A stretch of 64,000 nt of DNA from an uncultured cyanobacterium (GCA_963744145.1 CAVUSO010000001.1:6816001-6880000); one strand, 5' to 3'; shown: positions 30,474-42,273, counted from the stretch's first letter. Notes: generated from the letters alone by a model not told the origin. Numbers and translations are program-made.

Positions 30474-30978
30474 CAGGCTTTTCGGAGTTTAAAAACTGTG
30501 GATTTAAAAATTAGACCAATTTATCATTATACAACTGCCCGAGTAAAATCTCATGTATTTCTATGTATGTTAGCTTACTATGTAGAATGGCAGATGCGTT
30601 CTCTTTTAGCGCCGATTCTGTTCGATGAAGATGATTGGGAAGATGCTCGACTTAACCAAAAATCTATTATTTGTGCTGCTGTTAGTAATTCAGCTAAAGC
30701 TAAGGCTAGAACTAAGGGCACGAAGGATGATCTACCTGTTCATAGCTTTCAAACTTTGTTAGCCGACTTGGGGACAATTGTGAAAAATAAAATTCAATCA
30801 ACTCTACAAGGTGCAAATTTTGTTTTTGACAAAATTACTGAACCTACTAGAGTCCAACAAAAAGCTCTTGATTTGCTTGGTATTTCCCTAATTTGTACCC
30901 ATTAAATCGATCCTAAAAATCTTTCAAACCCAAGCTAGTCATAGCAGATGGCTTTTGTCAAAGTGGGAAATTCAGGTT
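30474..30978 (+). mobile_element. IS1634-family transposase C-terminal remnant with right end
   Basis: QAFRSLKTVDLKIRPIYH...HVFLCMLAYY...VHSFQTLLADL...QQKALDLLG; end-like gggaaattcagg. Confidence 0.85.
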
Positions 30979-31070
30979 AAAAACTTAGTTGTAGTATGTC
31001 TGAAGTGCGAAAAGTGGGTTAAAAAAGTAGGGACTTCAAAAACTGTTCGCAGCGCTGGTAATTGGCAACC

Positions 31071-32396
31071 CTAATCCTCTTTCTTACAAGCGTCAACCAG
31101 ACAGGACAGTACATTATTTGCAAGAATCTCTATCGTATCCCGACTGATTGAAGGTTCAGAAAATATGAAATTCAAAAGCATTTTTTCCTGAAAGGTTATG
31201 ACGGCAGCACTAAGCATTCCTCCAAACACAGCCAGTGCTGGAACATAGCTGATTTCTTCTAGTTTAAAGGAACCGTAACCTGTAGGAATATTTACTCGCC
31301 CAACGTTAGTTATTACTACTGTTACAGGAACTTTATTAGGTCTGGATATCAGAGACTCAAATATTTTTTTACCCATTAACACTGTACTAAAAATATCGTC
31401 TCGTTCCAACCCAACTTTTAACTGCTGTGTTACATCTTGCGCTAAATCCCAGAATGATGTACTTTTTCGTATACTGTGAAATGAAGTTAAGCTTGAAGCC
31501 AAAACCCCCAATGGTTCATCGCTCACAATCGGTTTTAGACGTCTCCGCAAATCAACATACGAGCGACAACTAACCCGGATTACATCTGTTTTTTTAGAAC
31601 CGGCAATTTTGGGAAATACTACCAACATTAATGCCGCGCATAAAGCACCTTGCATCGTTGCATTTTTTTGTCTACATAAATTTGCAAGTTGTTGAGTCAA
31701 AGTTTCATCTAGCTGTCTGCGAACGAACCCACAATAACGTAAACTAATAGGTACACATTTTTCAAAATCCATTGTTTTCGGTTGGTTCCAGATTAGCTGA
31801 AACTTAAGTTTAAACAAAAATAGTACACCTTTAATTTTACCTTTAATCCCTTTCATCGATTCAGGTAGTAATTCTTCAAGTGATGGAAGTGCAGGTAAGC
31901 TATCAATCTTGGTAATTTGTTCGCCCTCCACAAGTTTTTGACAGTAAGTAAGTAGCTCTGAATGCAGTCGAATGCTTGATAATCCATCAATTATAGCGTG
32001 ATGTATTGTGGTAATTAGATAACTGACACTATTCTCATCATTAGGACAAACAAAAACAGATCGGATTAGGCATCGGCTGCTATCAATTTTTTCGTTTAGC
32101 TCTGATAAAACTACATCATTCCACTGCTCGCTTTGTACATTAGTCACAACACGCAAAGGAATTTTTTGCGTCCCTTCAGTTTCAAACTGAAGACTATCTA
32201 ACTCACCGACAATTCGAGAATTAAGACGTGGATGACGACACTGAATAATGTCTAGAGATTGTCTAATAATTTCTTGCTTGAGATGTCCTTGAATCCGACT
32301 GATTGTCACTACATTATAAGCACCAGCACGGCGATTATAAACTTCCATCACCTGCTCAAGTGGAATAAGTTTTCTGTTGTCAGCCATCAATTTCAT
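31071..32396 (-). CDS. Stand-alone condensation-fold acyltransferase (PapA5/alcohol acyltransferase-like)
   Basis: RHPRLNSRI, HHAIIDG (HHxxxDG), VDLRRRL, TNVG; RBS gaggagg before ATG 32396. Confidence 0.85.
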   Translation of the reverse strand: MKLMADNRKLIPLEQVMEVYNRRAGAYNVVTISRIQGHLKQEIIRQSLDIIQCRHPRLNSRIVGELDSLQFETEGTQKIPLRVVTNVQSEQWNDVVLSELNEKIDSSRCLIRSVFVCPNDENSVSYLITTIHHAIIDGLSSIRLHSELLTYCQKLVEGEQITKIDSLPALPSLEELLPESMKGIKGKIKGVLFLFKLKFQLIWNQPKTMDFEKCVPISLRYCGFVRRQLDETLTQQLANLCRQKNATMQGALCAALMLVVFPKIAGSKKTDVIRVSCRSYVDLRRRLKPIVSDEPLGVLASSLTSFHSIRKSTSFWDLAQDVTQQLKVGLERDDIFSTVLMGKKIFESLISRPNKVPVTVVITNVGRVNIPTGYGSFKLEEISYVPALAVFGGMLSAAVITFQEKMLLNFIFSEPSISRDTIEILANNVLSCLVDACKKED

Positions 32397-32663
32397 TACC
32401 TCCTCGCCTGATCCGATAGGTATTCTCTTAGTCCCCATTCATTATAGCTGTATCCGCGTAAGGATTTAGGTTGCAAGGAGTTAATTTAGTAAACTTGCGT
32501 ATTGCAACGCCCATACAGCTCTAATGGTCTGGGAAACGTCCCGATTTTTGATCACCTCCAGTGTTTTTCAGGGACTACCCTCTTGTCACCCTCTGAAGAG
32601 TTTTATGATAGAGTTGAATGATCGCCATAACCTGAAATCTGGATCAAAATAAGAAGTTTTATC

Positions 32664-34003
32664 ATGAAATTATCTAATGGACCAAAAACGCCAGCATTTT
32701 GGCAGACCCTACAATGGGTTTTTAATCCTCTAGAGTCTATGGATACCTGCTTTCAACGCTATGGTGATATGTTCACCTTTTACGTGGGCAAAAAAACACC
32801 CTGCGTATTTCTTGCACACCCCCAGGCTGTTAAGCAGGTTTTTACTGCTGATGTTGATCAGTTTGACAGCGGTTCATCAAACCAGATTGTCAAGCCTTTG
32901 ATGGGTGAAAATTCCCTACTGTTAATGGATGGCGCAACTCACCGACGAATGCGCCATCTATTAACACCTCCGTTTCACAGTGAACAGGTACGGACATACG
33001 GGCAACTAATTAGCGATATTGCTGATCAAGTCACGAATCAGTTGCTGATCGGTAAAACATTCTCTGTGCGTGAGGTGATGCAAGAGATTTCTCTGCAGGT
33101 CATAGTGCAAACAATATTTGGTCTGTATGAGGGCGATCGCTATCAAAAGCTTATTTCCCTTCTGTCTTCCATGCTTGAGGGAACGAGTTCTGTCTGGAAG
33201 AGTAGCTTCCTATTCTTTAAAATACTCCAGCAAAATTTAGGATTGTGGGGTCCTGGGGACAATTCCTGCACATAAGGCAGCAAATTAGCGAACTACTCTA
33301 TGCTGAGATCCGGGAACGTCGCGAGAATCTAGACCATTCTGGCACAGATGTCCTTACTTTACTAATATTTGTTCGTGATGAAAATGGTCAACCATTGACC
33401 GATGCTGACTTACACGATCAGTTACTGACACTCTTGGTAGCTGGACACGAGACTACAGCCACTTCTTTAGCTTGGGCAATGTACTCGATTCACCAAGTAC
33501 CTGGGGTACTTGATAAATTGCTACAAGAACTAGGTAATCTGCCAGACAATCCAGATCCCACCAGCATTGCTAAATTACCTTATCTCTCAGCCGTTTGTCA
33601 GGAAACTTTGAGAATGTACCCAATTGTTTTTCACACCTTCGGACGGGTTGTTAAATCACCTATAGAGATTATGGGTTTCCTGTTTGAACCAGGTGTTATC
33701 CTAGCTCCTTGTATCTATTTAATTCATCGACGCAAGGATATATATCCGGAACCGGAACAGTTTAAGCCAGAGCGATTTTTAGAACGACAATTTTCACCTT
33801 ATGAGTATTTACCTTTTGGAGGTGGTAGCCGTCGCTGTCTGGGTATAACATTAGCACAATTTGAAATGAAAATTGTGCTGGCTAAGATATTATTGAAATG
33901 GCAATTAGCGCTAGCTGATAGATATATGGTAAAACCAATACGGCGTGGATTAACACTAGGAGTAACTGGTGGTGTTCCTATGGTAGCTATCAGTAAGCGT
34001 TAG
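32664..34003 (+). CDS. Cytochrome P450 (CYP110-like), split by a 1-nt deletion near 33252
   Basis: AGHETTA, ETLR, FKPERF, PFGGGSRRCLG; adding one base restores WGPWGQF. Confidence 0.9.
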
Positions 34004-34081
34004 AATTCAATTCAAACTGTAAATTATCTTACTTGCAATGGTTATTTTGCTCTAAATACTTATCTTTGGCTCTAAAGGTTT

Positions 34082-37000
34082 ATGCTTAATCAAAAAGTGG
34101 GATGCTCCCCTAGCAGCGAGAATGAAATAGAAAGAATAGCAATTATTGGCATTGGTTGTCGTTTTCCAGGCAGTGCCAATAGTCCCGAAAGTTTCTGGAA
34201 ACTACTGCGAAATGGCATAGATGCTATTACTGAAGTGCCAGCGGATCGCTGGGATTTAGACACTTTTTATGATCCAGATCCAGCCAAACCTGGGAAGATA
34301 AAAACGCGATGGGGTGGCTTCATCGAAAAAATTGACGAATTTGATGCCAATTTTTTTGGAATTTCCCCTCGTGAAGCATCTCGCATAGACCCGCAGCAAC
34401 GACTGTTGTTAGAAGTTGCATGGGAGGCGCTAGAAGATGGGGGACAGATGCCTGAACAGCTAACTGGTACAAATACTGGCGTGTTTATTGGTATCTATAC
34501 TCATGATTATGAAGCCATTCAGCTTTCTTCCCAGAATCGAGATTTGATTGACAGCTACACCAATACCGGCTGGCCTACGTGTTTTGCTGCCAACCGCATT
34601 TCCTATTTCTTCGACTTTCGCGGTCCCTCTATTGCTCTCGACACCGCATGTTCCTCATCTCTGGTTGCCGTACATTTGGCTTGCAACAGCATCTGGAATG
34701 GAGAGTCTGCTATGGCTTTGGCAGGTGGTGTAAATATCATCCTTAGACCTGAGCCTAACATTGGTTTGAGCGTCGCGTCAATGCTTGCTCCAGATGGGCG
34801 TTGTAAAACCTTTGATGCTAAGGCTAACGGTTTTGTAAGGAGTGAAGGGGCAGGAATCGTTGTCTTGAAACTATTATCCCAGGCGATCGCAGATGGCGAT
34901 CCGATTTATGCCGTGATTCGAGGCAGTGCCGTTAATCAAGACGGACGCACTAATGGTATGACAGTTCCCAGTCGGGAAGCCCAAGAAGCAATGCTCTGGG
35001 AAGTCTATCAGCGAGCTGGGATATCACCTGGACAAGTGCAGTACATTGAAACTCATGGCACAGGAACTCCCGTCGGAGATCCAATTGAAGCGAATGCACT
35101 GGGCAATGTACTGGTAACTGATCGTGCTCCAAATAATTATTGTCATATTGGCTCAGTAAAAACTAACATTGGACATTTAGAAACAGCATCAGGTATTGCT
35201 GGATTAATCAAGGTGGCACTGTCGCTGAAACATCAGGAAATTCCACCTAATTTGAATTTTTTAGAACCCAATCCCCAAATTAATTTTGAAAAATTACAGT
35301 TGCAAGTGCAACAAAAGTTAGAAACTTGGACTAATAATGAGCATTGTCCACGTATAGCCGGAGTAAATTCATTCGGGTTGGGAGGTACTAATGCTCATAC
35401 TGTTTTAGAAGAAGCCCCGCAGGTTAGCCCGCCTGTCCAAAATCGCCAAAATGTGAGTGCCAGTTTGTTAACGCTGTCTGCTCATAGTCCCGAAGCCCTT
35501 CAGACAGTGGTGCATAAATACCTTGAATTATTAGCTGGAACTGCTGGCAATGAAGTTTCGCTTCAGAATATTTGCTATACAGCCAGTTTGCGCCGAGGAC
35601 ATCACGATCACCGTTTGGTGCTTGTAGCTCATTCTCAGAAACAGTTAATTAAACAACTGGAAGCATTTCTGGTGGGTGTAAACCTACCGGGTATGTCTGC
35701 TGGTCGCAAAATTTTTAATAAACAGACGAAACTTGCCTTTGTTTTCTCTGGTATGGGTCAACAGTGGTGGGCAATGGGACGGCAACTGTGGCAAGAAGAA
35801 CCTGTATTTCAGGCAGTTATAAAACAGTGTGATGCGTTGTTGTTACAAGCCGCGAACTGGTCTTTAGTGGAAGAATTGACCGCATCAGAAGAGACTTCGC
35901 GTATTAATGAAACCGAAATAGCGCAACCGATTATCTTTGCGGTACAAGTCGCTCTAGCTGCCTTGTATCGTTCCTGGGGCATTTGTCCTGACGTTATTGT
36001 CGGTCATAGCGTTGGTGAAGTAGCAGCTGCTCATGTGGCTGGAGTTTTGAGCATTGAAGATGCTATCCAGGTGATTTTCCACCGCAGTCGCGTACAAGCA
36101 AAAATTGCTGGAACAGGAAAGATGTTAGCCGTTGGTTTGTCGTCAGAGGAGGCTGAACGCAAGTTAACAGGATACGAAGATCGCGTTTCCATAGCAGCTA
36201 TCAACAGCTCCAGATCCGTTACTATTTCTGGAGATAGCACGGCCTTAGAAGAAATTGCCAAATCCTTAGAAGCGCAACAGATTTTCAATCAATTTCTACG
36301 AGTCGAATTACCTTATCACAGCCCATTTATAGAGCCTTTAAAGCCAGATTTAGTGGAGTCGCTGCAACTCATTAATCCTCAAAAAGCTACTATTCTCCTG
36401 TTTTCCACTGTCACCGGCCAACAAGTTGAAGGTTCGGAACTGGATGCCACCTACTGGGGACAAAATATGAGGAATCCTGTTTTGTTTGCAGCAGCAATCG
36501 ATAAACTTGTGCGAGCAGGTTATGATCTCTTCTTGGAAATCAGCGCTCGTCCAGTTCTAGCCAGTTCAGTATCTGAGTCTTTTTCATCGCAAAACATACA
36601 AGGGACAGTAGTTCCTTCCTTACGGCAGGGCGAACCAGGACGAGCCACGATGCTGGAGGTGATGGGCAAACTTTACACCTTGGGATACTCCATGGACTGG
36701 CACGGACTTTATCCTGAAGGTGGTCAATTTGTGCGGCTACCGTCCTATCCTTGGCAGCGAGAGCGGTTTTGGAACGAATCGGAAGCATCTAAGGATTCGC
36801 GGTTAGCAGCCCCAATCCACCCTCTGTTAGGTCGCTCTGTGCCTGGGCTGCATCCTTCTTGGCAGCTAGAAGATCCGCTACGCTTTTCTTATCTTAAAGA
36901 CCACCAAATACAAAGTTTAACGGTTTTTCCAGGTGCCGGATATGTGGAAATGGCATTAGCTGCCACTGCTGCAAATTTTGGCAAAAACGAGGGATGGTTA

Positions 37001-40000
37001 CTTAAAGATATCAAAATCCAAAAAATGCTAGTGCTGTCGGACAAGCCGCGATCACTTATGCAAGTGCTTTTAAGCCCTGGTGAGAATGAAGAATGGTTAT
37101 TTGAAATTGCCAGCCGTCCTGAAAGCGAGAAAGATTCTTGGACAGTCCATGCCGTCGGCACACTGAGTCGTGAGAGCAGTCTTCCTGTACTAACATCAAA
37201 TTTGAGTGAAGCTCAAAAACAATGTCTAACAAGTGGATCGGTACAAGACCTCTACCGCAATTTCCTAATCATCGGGTTAGAATATGGTAAGTACTTTCAA
37301 GGGATTCAACAATTCTGGCTAGGTGATGAAGAAGCACTAGCTCAGATTGAAGTAAAACTAGATGTCAAAGATTATTGGCTTCACCCTGCCATCCTGGATG
37401 CCTGTTTCCAAACCTTGTTGCTCGCAGTACCAGGAGGACTAACCTCTACCTACCTACCAGTTAGCATAAAACAAGTAAAAATCTACGGTCAGGTAAAAAG
37501 CCCCTGCTTTGCTCATGCTATTTTGACCCAGAATGAGCAAAAAACGATTGAAGGCAATATCTTGGTGTTTGATGCCGTTGGCAACATTTTTGTGGAAATT
37601 CAAGGACTTTGCGGTCAATCTCTGGGAGAAGAAAAGAAAACACAATCCAGCAATATTGATGATTATTTCTACGAGGAATACTGGCAGGAGAAGCAATCGC
37701 CTTTTCCAAATACAAATATCATAGCAGGCCATATCCTTGCTCAAATATCGCGCTGGCAGTCAGAATTAAATTCAATCCAACAAGTTGAGGAATTTTCCTT
37801 AGAAATAGACAAACTTTGCGCTGCTTATGTGCGGAAAGCTTTTGCCAAACTAGGCTTTCAATCTTCGTTTGCAGAGGAGATAGATGTTCCCTCTCTCATG
37901 CAACAACTGAAGATTGCGCCACAACATCATCGTTTTGTGAATCGTCTATGGTCGATTGCGAAAAATACAGATTCTCTCGCCCCTGGTACTTATCCCCAGA
38001 GTCTATTTGAAAAGATTTGGAACAGCCTGCCTTTCTACCATTTGGAACTTACTATCCTCAAGCGAATTGGAGAATATCCGCTAGCGGATATTCTCCAAAA
38101 CCCAAGTTTAGCACTGCAAATTCTCTTTCAAGACGATATATTAAAAACTTGGTATGAAGTTGCGATTACTAATCGACCTCACTTACAAATGATTGCGGAA
38201 GCTTTATCTCAAGCACTAAAAAATATTTCCACCAAACGAGTCATCCGTATCTTAGAAGTAGGAGCAGGAACAGGTGCGCTCACTTCATATCTACTACCAC
38301 TACTGACTGGATATCAAGTTGAATATGTATTTACTGACATATCAGCTTCATTCTTCGTTAAAGCTAAGGAGCGATTCCGTGAGTTTTCATTTGTTAAATA
38401 TAAAACTCTCGACTTAGAAAAAGATGCTATTTCGCAAGGATATCAAAAGCATTACTTTGATATCATATTTGCCTATGATGCGCTACACACTACCAAGGAT
38501 TTGTCTGAGACATTACAACATTTACAATCCTTGCTAGTTCCTGGTGGGTGGTTAGCTGCCCTCGAGGTAACTGATTGTCCGATTTGGGTCGATATCGTAT
38601 TTGGATGTCTCGAAGGATGGTGGAGATTTGTGGATACCGATCTCCGACCGTCTCATGCAACTTTATCTCGCAAAGCATGGGAAAACCTCTTGCAAACAGT
38701 CGGATTTGTAAATATCTCAACGATTGCTAACAAACCAGAAGGTGAATCTGTTCATTCTATTCTTTTGGCACAAAAACTAGAGATAATTCCTGTTTATAAC
38801 CTAGAAAAAGATAATTCGTGGGTCATCTTTACGGATTCTCAAGGTTTAGGTAATGAGCTAGAAAATATTTTACACCAAGCCGAGCAGAAAATATTTGTTG
38901 TTTCTCGTGGAGAAAAGTTTCAAAAAAGCGATGAAACTCATTTAATACTCAGTAGCGATCACGTTAGTGATATGCAAACACTGCTAAAGGAGCTGCCTGA
39001 AGTAAGAAATATCGTTCATTTGTGGAGCTTGGACGATCCAGAATCATCTCTGATGAGTGTTGTCAACCTTGTAAAAGCCCTAATTGAGACTAATTTGTCT
39101 GAAAAAACGCATATTTGGCTAGTGACGAAGGGGGCGCAAATGGAGTGTACATTTCCAGAACAATCGCCGTTAGTGGGACTGGGAAGGACAATCGTGAACG
39201 AATGCCCAGAACTTAAGTTCACTATGGTGGATCTCGAGTCAGAAAATTCTGCTCGTACACTCTTTGATGCAATGGGGTTTGACAACAGTGAACCAGAAAT
39301 GGCATTTCGTCAGGGAGTTTGTTATGTTCCTCGACTCATTCCCACAAAGAAGGAAGAGCTTTCCCGGTCTGTTTCCTTGGATGCTCAGGAAGCATTTCGT
39401 CTAGAGATGCAAGAGCCTGGGCTAATAGATCGGTTGACATTTTGTGCTACAAAGCGAAAAAAACCGGCTTCCGGACAAGTAGAGGTTAAGGTCTTCGCTT
39501 CTGGTGTGAGCTTTAATGATGTCGTGTTCGCTCTAGGTATGCATCCAGACCCAGCTTTTCACCAGTCTTCTTCTGACATTGTCTATTCTCTTGGTAAAGA
39601 ATGTGCAGGAAAGGTTGTTGCAGTGGGTGAAGGAGTAAATGAATTTGCCGTTGGAGATGATGTAATTGCAATGGGCAGTTACTGCTTTGGCTCCTTTGTG
39701 ACCACAAGCATCGATCTGGTAATTCACAAACCAGCTCACCTAACGTATGAGGAAGCAGCGAGTATTCCAGGAATCTTTCTTACTGTTTACTACGCTTTCC
39801 ATCATTTGGCAAGGATATTACCAGGAGAGCGAGTTCTAATTCACTCTGCCGCTGGAGGTGTTGGTCAGGCAGCGATTCAGTTGGCCCAAATGATGGGAGC
39901 CGAGATTTTTGCCACGGTGGGAACATCCGAAAAACGGGCTTTTTTGCGTTACCAAGGTGTCAAACACATCATGGACTCACACACTTTATCTTGGGCTGAA

Positions 40001-42205
40001 GAGATTATGAAAATTACCAGCGGGAAAGGTGTTGATGTTGTACTCAATTCTTTGGCAGGAGAAGCCATTTCTAAAGGAATTTCGGTTCTGTCTCATTCCG
40101 GTCGTTTTTTAGAAATTGGGATTCGGGATATTTTTAACAATAGCCAAATTGGTCTTTTGCCTTTTCAGCGAAATTTATCTTTCTTCGCGATCGATCTGTA
40201 TCGCATAGCGAAAGTTCGCACGCCATTCATCAAGTCTATGTTACGAGATGTAATAGCACTATTTGAAAGCAAGCAATTAAAACCTGTTCCTATTAATCCA
40301 TTTCCGCTTTCAGATGCAGTAAACGCTTTCCGCTTTATGACACGGGGCAAGCACATCGGAAAAATTGTGCTTAATTTTCAATCGCCCCAGGAAGTTTTAT
40401 TAAATCCATCGTCTGAATTGTTCTTATCGGATGCCACTTACCTAATCACAGGAGGGTTGGGCGGTTTCGGGTTAGCATTAGTGGAATGGATGGTAGAGAA
40501 AGGAGCGCGGTATTTTGTTTTAGTAGGAAGAAGTGGTATTTGTAATAAACAAGTACATCGCACCATTCAAGGAGTAGAAAACAAAGGAGCCAAGGTTGTC
40601 GTAGCACAGGGAGATGTCAGCCAACAGCATCAGTTAGCCAGCATATTAAACAATATTGCTCAACAAAATATGCCCCCATTGCGAGGCATTTTTCATCTAG
40701 CTATGGTTCTGGACGATGATTTTATAGTCCGGTTGAATTCGGAACGCTTCCAGCAGGTTATGGCTCCAAAAGCAACTGGAGCTTGGAATTTGCACAAGCT
40801 TACTGAACAAATGCCACTGGACTTTTTTGTTCTCTTCTCCTCGTTGTCTGCATTGGCTGGTAATCCACAGCAGGCTAACTATGTAGCTGCTAGTGTCTTT
40901 CTCGATGCTCTTGCTCACCATCGTCGTCTGCAAGGGCTTGCAGGTATTTCCATCAATTGGGGAGTTTTAGCTGAAGTAGGGGCTGTTGCACGTTCCTCAA
41001 GACGTGCCAGAGTCCAAGCTGAGAAAGGATGGCTATCCTTTTCGCCACAACAAGCATTTGCGGGGCTGGAATATATCTTACGTCAGAATCCAGTCCAACA
41101 ATGTTTTATGAATATTGACTGGCAGGCTATTACTAATATTTGGGGTAAACGGGAACGATTTTCTCATTTATGTCAGGAGTTTACGGTCGAAGTTGGGGCT
41201 GCGACTGCGATCGCTAATGAGAATCAAGAAAGTTTGGAGGTACGACTTGGCAAACAGGTTGCGGTGCTTTTAGGAACTTTGGCATCCAAAATTGACATTC
41301 ACACACCACTCAACCGTCTGGGACTTGATTCTTTAATGACCTTTGAACTGAAAACATGGTTAGAAAAAAATGCTGGAATCAACGTGTCTCAACTTTACCT
41401 AATGGAAGGAGCAACTGTAGCATTACTTGCGGAAAAAATAACCCCGGATGCGTCTGAAAAGAAAGGCTGGATTGTACGTTTCCGTCCCAATCACCAGGCA
41501 CGTCTTCGCCTATTTTGCTTCCCCTATGGAGCTGGTGTTGCGTCAATTTTTGAATCTTGGCCCGATTATTTGCCGCCTGATGTAGAAGTGTGTGGAATTC
41601 AGCTTCCTGGGCGAGAAACTCTCAACGGGATACCACTTATTTCTGATATGGATCATCTTTTGCAAAGATGGTTGCCAGAGTTACTGCCACTTCTTGATGT
41701 CCCCTTCGTATTTTATGGTCATAGCCTGGGTGGATTGCTTAGTTTTGAAATGGCTCGTTGTCTTCGCAAACAGCATCAACTTAGTCCAGTTCATTTATTT
41801 GTAGGTGGAACCCCTTCACCACAAGTCTTTCCCTCTGCTTTGAAAAAAATCTTTGGGCATGAAAAATTACTAATTGAATCTATGCCTGACGAACAATGGA
41901 TGCAGATCCTTGTCAAGTCAAAAATTTTGAACAAACCCACTCTATCAATGGCATCAATCGCTCGTGCTGATATTCTGCTGGTCAGGAATGCTTATGAGCA
42001 AGAAGCGCCATTCGATTTTCCGATTACTGCATTTATTGGAGAAAAAGATGAAGTGCTCACGAATAATCAGGTAATTTTAGCTTGGGGGGAACAAACTACA
42101 AAGAGATTTTCATTGCAAACTGTTCCAGGAAATCACTTGTTTATAGACACTAATAAGGAATTGTTTTTGCCAATTTTATCAGCCGCATTAACCGATGTCT
42201 CATAA
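34082..42205 (+). CDS. Single-module type I PKS: KS-AT-DH-cMT-ER-KR-ACP-TE
   Basis: KS DTACSSS/HGTGT/NIGH; AT GHSVG/PYHS; DH DHQIQSLTVFP and HPAILDACFQ; MT LEVGAGTG; ER HSAAGGVG; KR TGGLGGFG/LDD/NY; ACP GLDSL; TE GHSLG/GNH. Confidence 0.96.
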   Translation: MLNQKVGCSPSSENEIERIAIIGIGCRFPGSANSPESFWKLLRNGIDAITEVPADRWDLDTFYDPDPAKPGKIKTRWGGFIEKIDEFDANFFGISPREASRIDPQQRLLLEVAWEALEDGGQMPEQLTGTNTGVFIGIYTHDYEAIQLSSQNRDLIDSYTNTGWPTCFAANRISYFFDFRGPSIALDTACSSSLVAVHLACNSIWNGESAMALAGGVNIILRPEPNIGLSVASMLAPDGRCKTFDAKANGFVRSEGAGIVVLKLLSQAIADGDPIYAVIRGSAVNQDGRTNGMTVPSREAQEAMLWEVYQRAGISPGQVQYIETHGTGTPVGDPIEANALGNVLVTDRAPNNYCHIGSVKTNIGHLETASGIAGLIKVALSLKHQEIPPNLNFLEPNPQINFEKLQLQVQQKLETWTNNEHCPRIAGVNSFGLGGTNAHTVLEEAPQVSPPVQNRQNVSASLLTLSAHSPEALQTVVHKYLELLAGTAGNEVSLQNICYTASLRRGHHDHRLVLVAHSQKQLIKQLEAFLVGVNLPGMSAGRKIFNKQTKLAFVFSGMGQQWWAMGRQLWQEEPVFQAVIKQCDALLLQAANWSLVEELTASEETSRINETEIAQPIIFAVQVALAALYRSWGICPDVIVGHSVGEVAAAHVAGVLSIEDAIQVIFHRSRVQAKIAGTGKMLAVGLSSEEAERKLTGYEDRVSIAAINSSRSVTISGDSTALEEIAKSLEAQQIFNQFLRVELPYHSPFIEPLKPDLVESLQLINPQKATILLFSTVTGQQVEGSELDATYWGQNMRNPVLFAAAIDKLVRAGYDLFLEISARPVLASSVSESFSSQNIQGTVVPSLRQGEPGRATMLEVMGKLYTLGYSMDWHGLYPEGGQFVRLPSYPWQRERFWNESEASKDSRLAAPIHPLLGRSVPGLHPSWQLEDPLRFSYLKDHQIQSLTVFPGAGYVEMALAATAANFGKNEGWLLKDIKIQKMLVLSDKPRSLMQVLLSPGENEEWLFEIASRPESEKDSWTVHAVGTLSRESSLPVLTSNLSEAQKQCLTSGSVQDLYRNFLIIGLEYGKYFQGIQQFWLGDEEALAQIEVKLDVKDYWLHPAILDACFQTLLLAVPGGLTSTYLPVSIKQVKIYGQVKSPCFAHAILTQNEQKTIEGNILVFDAVGNIFVEIQGLCGQSLGEEKKTQSSNIDDYFYEEYWQEKQSPFPNTNIIAGHILAQISRWQSELNSIQQVEEFSLEIDKLCAAYVRKAFAKLGFQSSFAEEIDVPSLMQQLKIAPQHHRFVNRLWSIAKNTDSLAPGTYPQSLFEKIWNSLPFYHLELTILKRIGEYPLADILQNPSLALQILFQDDILKTWYEVAITNRPHLQMIAEALSQALKNISTKRVIRILEVGAGTGALTSYLLPLLTGYQVEYVFTDISASFFVKAKERFREFSFVKYKTLDLEKDAISQGYQKHYFDIIFAYDALHTTKDLSETLQHLQSLLVPGGWLAALEVTDCPIWVDIVFGCLEGWWRFVDTDLRPSHATLSRKAWENLLQTVGFVNISTIANKPEGESVHSILLAQKLEIIPVYNLEKDNSWVIFTDSQGLGNELENILHQAEQKIFVVSRGEKFQKSDETHLILSSDHVSDMQTLLKELPEVRNIVHLWSLDDPESSLMSVVNLVKALIETNLSEKTHIWLVTKGAQMECTFPEQSPLVGLGRTIVNECPELKFTMVDLESENSARTLFDAMGFDNSEPEMAFRQGVCYVPRLIPTKKEELSRSVSLDAQEAFRLEMQEPGLIDRLTFCATKRKKPASGQVEVKVFASGVSFNDVVFALGMHPDPAFHQSSSDIVYSLGKECAGKVVAVGEGVNEFAVGDDVIAMGSYCFGSFVTTSIDLVIHKPAHLTYEEAASIPGIFLTVYYAFHHLARILPGERVLIHSAAGGVGQAAIQLAQMMGAEIFATVGTSEKRAFLRYQGVKHIMDSHTLSWAEEIMKITSGKGVDVVLNSLAGEAISKGISVLSHSGRFLEIGIRDIFNNSQIGLLPFQRNLSFFAIDLYRIAKVRTPFIKSMLRDVIALFESKQLKPVPINPFPLSDAVNAFRFMTRGKHIGKIVLNFQSPQEVLLNPSSELFLSDATYLITGGLGGFGLALVEWMVEKGARYFVLVGRSGICNKQVHRTIQGVENKGAKVVVAQGDVSQQHQLASILNNIAQQNMPPLRGIFHLAMVLDDDFIVRLNSERFQQVMAPKATGAWNLHKLTEQMPLDFFVLFSSLSALAGNPQQANYVAASVFLDALAHHRRLQGLAGISINWGVLAEVGAVARSSRRARVQAEKGWLSFSPQQAFAGLEYILRQNPVQQCFMNIDWQAITNIWGKRERFSHLCQEFTVEVGAATAIANENQESLEVRLGKQVAVLLGTLASKIDIHTPLNRLGLDSLMTFELKTWLEKNAGINVSQLYLMEGATVALLAEKITPDASEKKGWIVRFRPNHQARLRLFCFPYGAGVASIFESWPDYLPPDVEVCGIQLPGRETLNGIPLISDMDHLLQRWLPELLPLLDVPFVFYGHSLGGLLSFEMARCLRKQHQLSPVHLFVGGTPSPQVFPSALKKIFGHEKLLIESMPDEQWMQILVKSKILNKPTLSMASIARADILLVRNAYEQEAPFDFPITAFIGEKDEVLTNNQVILAWGEQTTKRFSLQTVPGNHLFIDTNKELFLPILSAALTDVS

Positions 42206-42273
42206 ATTGAGAAACTGCTATTGATACTGACTCTGAAACTTTCTGGAGCATTTAAATCGTCTGAGACAAGCTG

